Shown one piece after another: positions 61,340-64,000 of a DNA stretch of 64,000 nucleotides. The notes under the pieces are model-generated. The model saw only the letters and a program-made list of their open reading frames with translations, searched no databases and had not been told where the DNA came from. Position numbers and translations under genes: made by a program. Where the stretch lies: sequence record PV785814.1, one strand, 5' to 3'. The first letter of the stretch is position 1. Every line of letters starts with the position of its first letter.

Positions 61340-62163
61340 TGGAAATTGAAATCGAACGTAAATGGCTAGTAACTTCTGAGCAATACCGAGAGTTTGTGAA
61401 TTGGTTGCACTATCGAGATAACGGTGCAATGAAGCTTAATATCTTTCAGCGTTACTTTAAGAAAGACGAAGTTAGCTACATCGACGGCGCGTTTCACATT
61501 AACAGCAAAGTTAAGAAAGGTCGCGAGTACGTCATCGACGCACCGAAAGACTGTCCTGATCTAACTGGCGTTAATCTACGCAAGCTAGGTGCTCGTATGC
61601 GATTGACGACTTCAGAACTGTTCTTCGACAAGCTAGAATTCACAATCAAGCTACCTCATGGCGATGGTATCTCGAAGCGAGAAATCAATATCCCGTTAGT
61701 ATGGGGTTACGCTGACCTTATCACCGACGCGATTAACAAAGACGATGAGCTAAATCGAAATACAACCGAAGTTCAACCAACCGGCTTGATTCAGAAAGTT
61801 CGTTGGACAGGCGAAGTTGATGAAGTGCATTATGACGCTGATCGTTTAACCAATCGCCCGTTTTACATCATTGAAGCTGAATTCAAAGACGAAGACGAAG
61901 CAGATTCATTCGTCGCTCCGTTTGAGTTCATTCGCGAAGTGACTGAAGATAAGCGTTTCAGCAACAAACGCATGGCATGGAATCATGATGTTGCAGACGG
62001 TCTTTCAACCAATATTCGTATGTACATCGAGAAACTTGAGAAAGAAGCTGACGCATTGCGCGGTGACACTCTTGTTTCTATGCGCGAAAGCGTGACTAAC
62101 GAAATCATGGCAGAACGTTACGAGAAAATTGCTCGTGACTTGAAACAAATTATAGGTGCGTAA
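61339..62163 (+). CDS. CYTH-domain triphosphate tunnel metalloenzyme
   Basis: EIERKWLV (ExExK), K.R, IIEAEF, EVTED.RFSN. Confidence 0.85.
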   Translation: MEIEIERKWLVTSEQYREFVNWLHYRDNGAMKLNIFQRYFKKDEVSYIDGAFHINSKVKKGREYVIDAPKDCPDLTGVNLRKLGARMRLTTSELFFDKLEFTIKLPHGDGISKREINIPLVWGYADLITDAINKDDELNRNTTEVQPTGLIQKVRWTGEVDEVHYDADRLTNRPFYIIEAEFKDEDEADSFVAPFEFIREVTEDKRFSNKRMAWNHDVADGLSTNIRMYIEKLEKEADALRGDTLVSMRESVTNEIMAERYEKIARDLKQIIGA

Positions 62164-62645
62164 TGAAAGTCTATGCAATTCATATTAACAACTTATCCAC
62201 AGGGATGTTCTGTGGTGAACCGATAGCTCAAGGTTGTCTCAATCTAATCGTAGACCGTTTACCGAGTGAAGCTATTTACGAACGTCATGGACGCTTTCTA
62301 ATTAGTAATACAGACGGTGTTTGGCGTCACTTTACAATCGGTGAAAAGGGCGGATTTGGTGGTCGTACGTTTAAGCTACGCATGAAAGGTGGTATTGTAT
62401 TCAAGAATAAAGGTTATCACTATGAAGAATTTCACGGTAATCTTTGGGATACTGCTGCGGCAATTGAAAAGTGCGAAGAGCTTGCAGGTAGTCGCTTGAT
62501 GAGTATTTCATTACGCCCACATCATGAGAATGGGTGTTTCATCGGTGGCTACTACTTCAGTCAAGATGAAGTGATTTTGAAGTTAAGCCATTTAATCCGC
62601 TTTGCCAACCCAACCCAGAACAGAGCAATAACATTCGGTGAATAA
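62163..62645 (+). CDS. Hypothetical protein
   Basis: GGFGGRTF..GNLWD motif; TAATG overlap. Confidence 0.65.
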   Translation: MKVYAIHINNLSTGMFCGEPIAQGCLNLIVDRLPSEAIYERHGRFLISNTDGVWRHFTIGEKGGFGGRTFKLRMKGGIVFKNKGYHYEEFHGNLWDTAAAIEKCEELAGSRLMSISLRPHHENGCFIGGYYFSQDEVILKLSHLIRFANPTQNRAITFGE

Positions 62646-63278
62646 ATGAAAATCAATAAATTTCAAGTTGACGGCAAGCCATTCATTCGCATCGACGACT
62701 TTCTAGAACCAGAAGTCGTCGAACTGATTGAACACACGCTTAAAACAATACCGTCGTGGGATCATGCTGACAACATTTTCGATTTCAATACGATTGTCAA
62801 AGATAGAACGGCAATATTGCAAGGTGATCAATACCCATTACGAACTGGCGTATTCGCTGAACTTGCTGAATCAATTCTTGACCGTATTCTAGGTATAATT
62901 GAATCTGAATTCAGTTGCAAGTATGACAAAGACGAACTGCGTAAAATCAACGTTTGGGAATATGCATTTCGTTTCAATGCATCATACTACGAACATGCAA
63001 ACGATGAAATGTTGTTTCACTATGACAGCAAAGGCGTGACATTCATGTATATGCCTTGTGAACAGAACGATGAAGGCACGTATTTCTACGCAGACGGCGA
63101 TAGAAACAATCACATTCACACGCTTGAGCACAAGCGCGGATCAGTTGCTATTTTCAATGCAAGTGATATTATGCATTGTAGCGCGAGACCATCACCGTTA
63201 GATGAGTATCGCTACAAGATGGTGTGGCAGTTTGTGTTCCCGCCTCACCTGAAGCCAATTCGAGAAGTAATAGCATGA
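62646..63278 (+). CDS. 2-oxoglutarate/Fe(II)-dependent dioxygenase
   Basis: FHYD (HxD), distal MHCS His and R in the final strand; G.VAIF. Confidence 0.75.
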   Translation: MKINKFQVDGKPFIRIDDFLEPEVVELIEHTLKTIPSWDHADNIFDFNTIVKDRTAILQGDQYPLRTGVFAELAESILDRILGIIESEFSCKYDKDELRKINVWEYAFRFNASYYEHANDEMLFHYDSKGVTFMYMPCEQNDEGTYFYADGDRNNHIHTLEHKRGSVAIFNASDIMHCSARPSPLDEYRYKMVWQFVFPPHLKPIREVIA

Positions 63279-63805
63279 ATAGTTACAGAGCAGAAATACT
63301 AGCGTTAAAGAAGCGAGTTCATCAACTTGAGCAATTGGTTGCTGAACTAACAAAACGAGACGTTACGCCCCGTAACGTTTTAGAAGATGAAGAAGACGAG
63401 CACATTTCATTGCATCCCGTCGATGACATGTTCGACATGTTCAGAATCAAACGCGAGTTACTACAAGCAATGTCTCAACAATCAGTGCGGTATCTTGATA
63501 TTACATTCGAGAACTACCCTGACGTTGCTCGACACAAGGTATATCAGAATCATCTAATGCAAGATGTTGGTATGTCAGACGCAGCACGTAAGAAGCTTGC
63601 AAAGACTCGATACATGATTGCCGATGAAATGAATGTCGGTGATGAATTCGAATGCCCGGGTTGTGGTGAGAAAGTCATCAAGAAGTCTTATCAGCATCGT
63701 TTCTGTGGCGTGAAGAAACAAGGTCAAAGCAATTGCAAAGACTTCATCAATAACTGGTTTAACCCGAAGCGTTTAGAACGCACGTTGAAATGGTTGGAAT
63801 CATAA
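63275..63805 (+). CDS. Hypothetical protein with C-terminal Cys motifs
   Basis: CPGCG..FCG..C..F.N pattern. Confidence 0.65.
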   Translation: MNSYRAEILALKKRVHQLEQLVAELTKRDVTPRNVLEDEEDEHISLHPVDDMFDMFRIKRELLQAMSQQSVRYLDITFENYPDVARHKVYQNHLMQDVGMSDAARKKLAKTRYMIADEMNVGDEFECPGCGEKVIKKSYQHRFCGVKKQGQSNCKDFINNWFNPKRLERTLKWLES

Positions 63806-64000
63806 TGCCTAGTACTACTTTAGTCTGCTTTGATTGCAGAACGACAAAGCCGGAAATGAATGGCTTTTTCATGACGAAGAACGAACACTCGCGACCAAGT
63901 TGTACTTGTCAACACTGCGGTAAAGATATGCATCGAGTCACATCGAGCATTCCGGTCCCTAAGAAGAGTGACGACCGAGGTTGGAAAAATTTGCTGAAAC
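63805..64000 (+). CDS. Zn-ribbon protein, truncated by the window end
   Basis: ATG at 63805 overlapping TAA; CFDCR..CQHCG. Confidence 0.55.
   Translation, partial: MPSTTLVCFDCRTTKPEMNGFFMTKNEHSRPSCTCQHCGKDMHRVTSSIPVPKKSDDRGWKNLLK

Noticed and set aside
1-64000. tRNA genes, group I introns, inteins, integrase
   Set aside because: No T-loop/cloverleaf patterns or interrupted conserved genes were noticed by eye; tRNAscan-SE or Infernal would be needed to exclude them formally

Overview
This is a 64-kb accessory/early region of a large T4-like (Straboviridae-type) myophage. It carries rIIA/rIIB, gp31, gp49, dda, rnl2, denV, tk and cd, plus TATAAATA late promoters. The queuosine-pathway, NAD-salvage and K-channel content resembles Vibrio phages of the KVP40/nt-1 type; that host and taxon assignment is an inference. 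Nearly all genes lie on the + strand in short units driven by a conserved sigma70-like early promoter/leader. Six of these promoters have their -35 box embedded in a terminator-like hairpin. Recognisable modules are: a 7-deazaguanine cluster (QueD-like, FolE, TGT/DpdA-like, QueF, QueC, stand-alone glutamine amidotransferase); dispersed NAD salvage genes (NMNAT-Nudix, NadR, PnuC); an ArdA-like protein followed by a DNA methyltransferase; a K+ channel; several candidate capsid-packaged internal proteins; and a DUF262-HNH plus Cys-cluster cassette flanked by 40-bp identical direct repeats. The most striking unexplained feature is non-coding: eight co-oriented DnaA-box matches within 108 bp (35137-35244). 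They sit where sampled G/C counts flip although genes on both sides are on the + strand. This suggests a host-DnaA-binding origin or a DnaA decoy in a phage family not known to need DnaA. A second non-coding candidate is a roughly 120-nt minus-strand structured RNA (about 23529-23651) with two UUGGU loops. No tRNAs, CRISPR arrays, integrases or transposases were seen.
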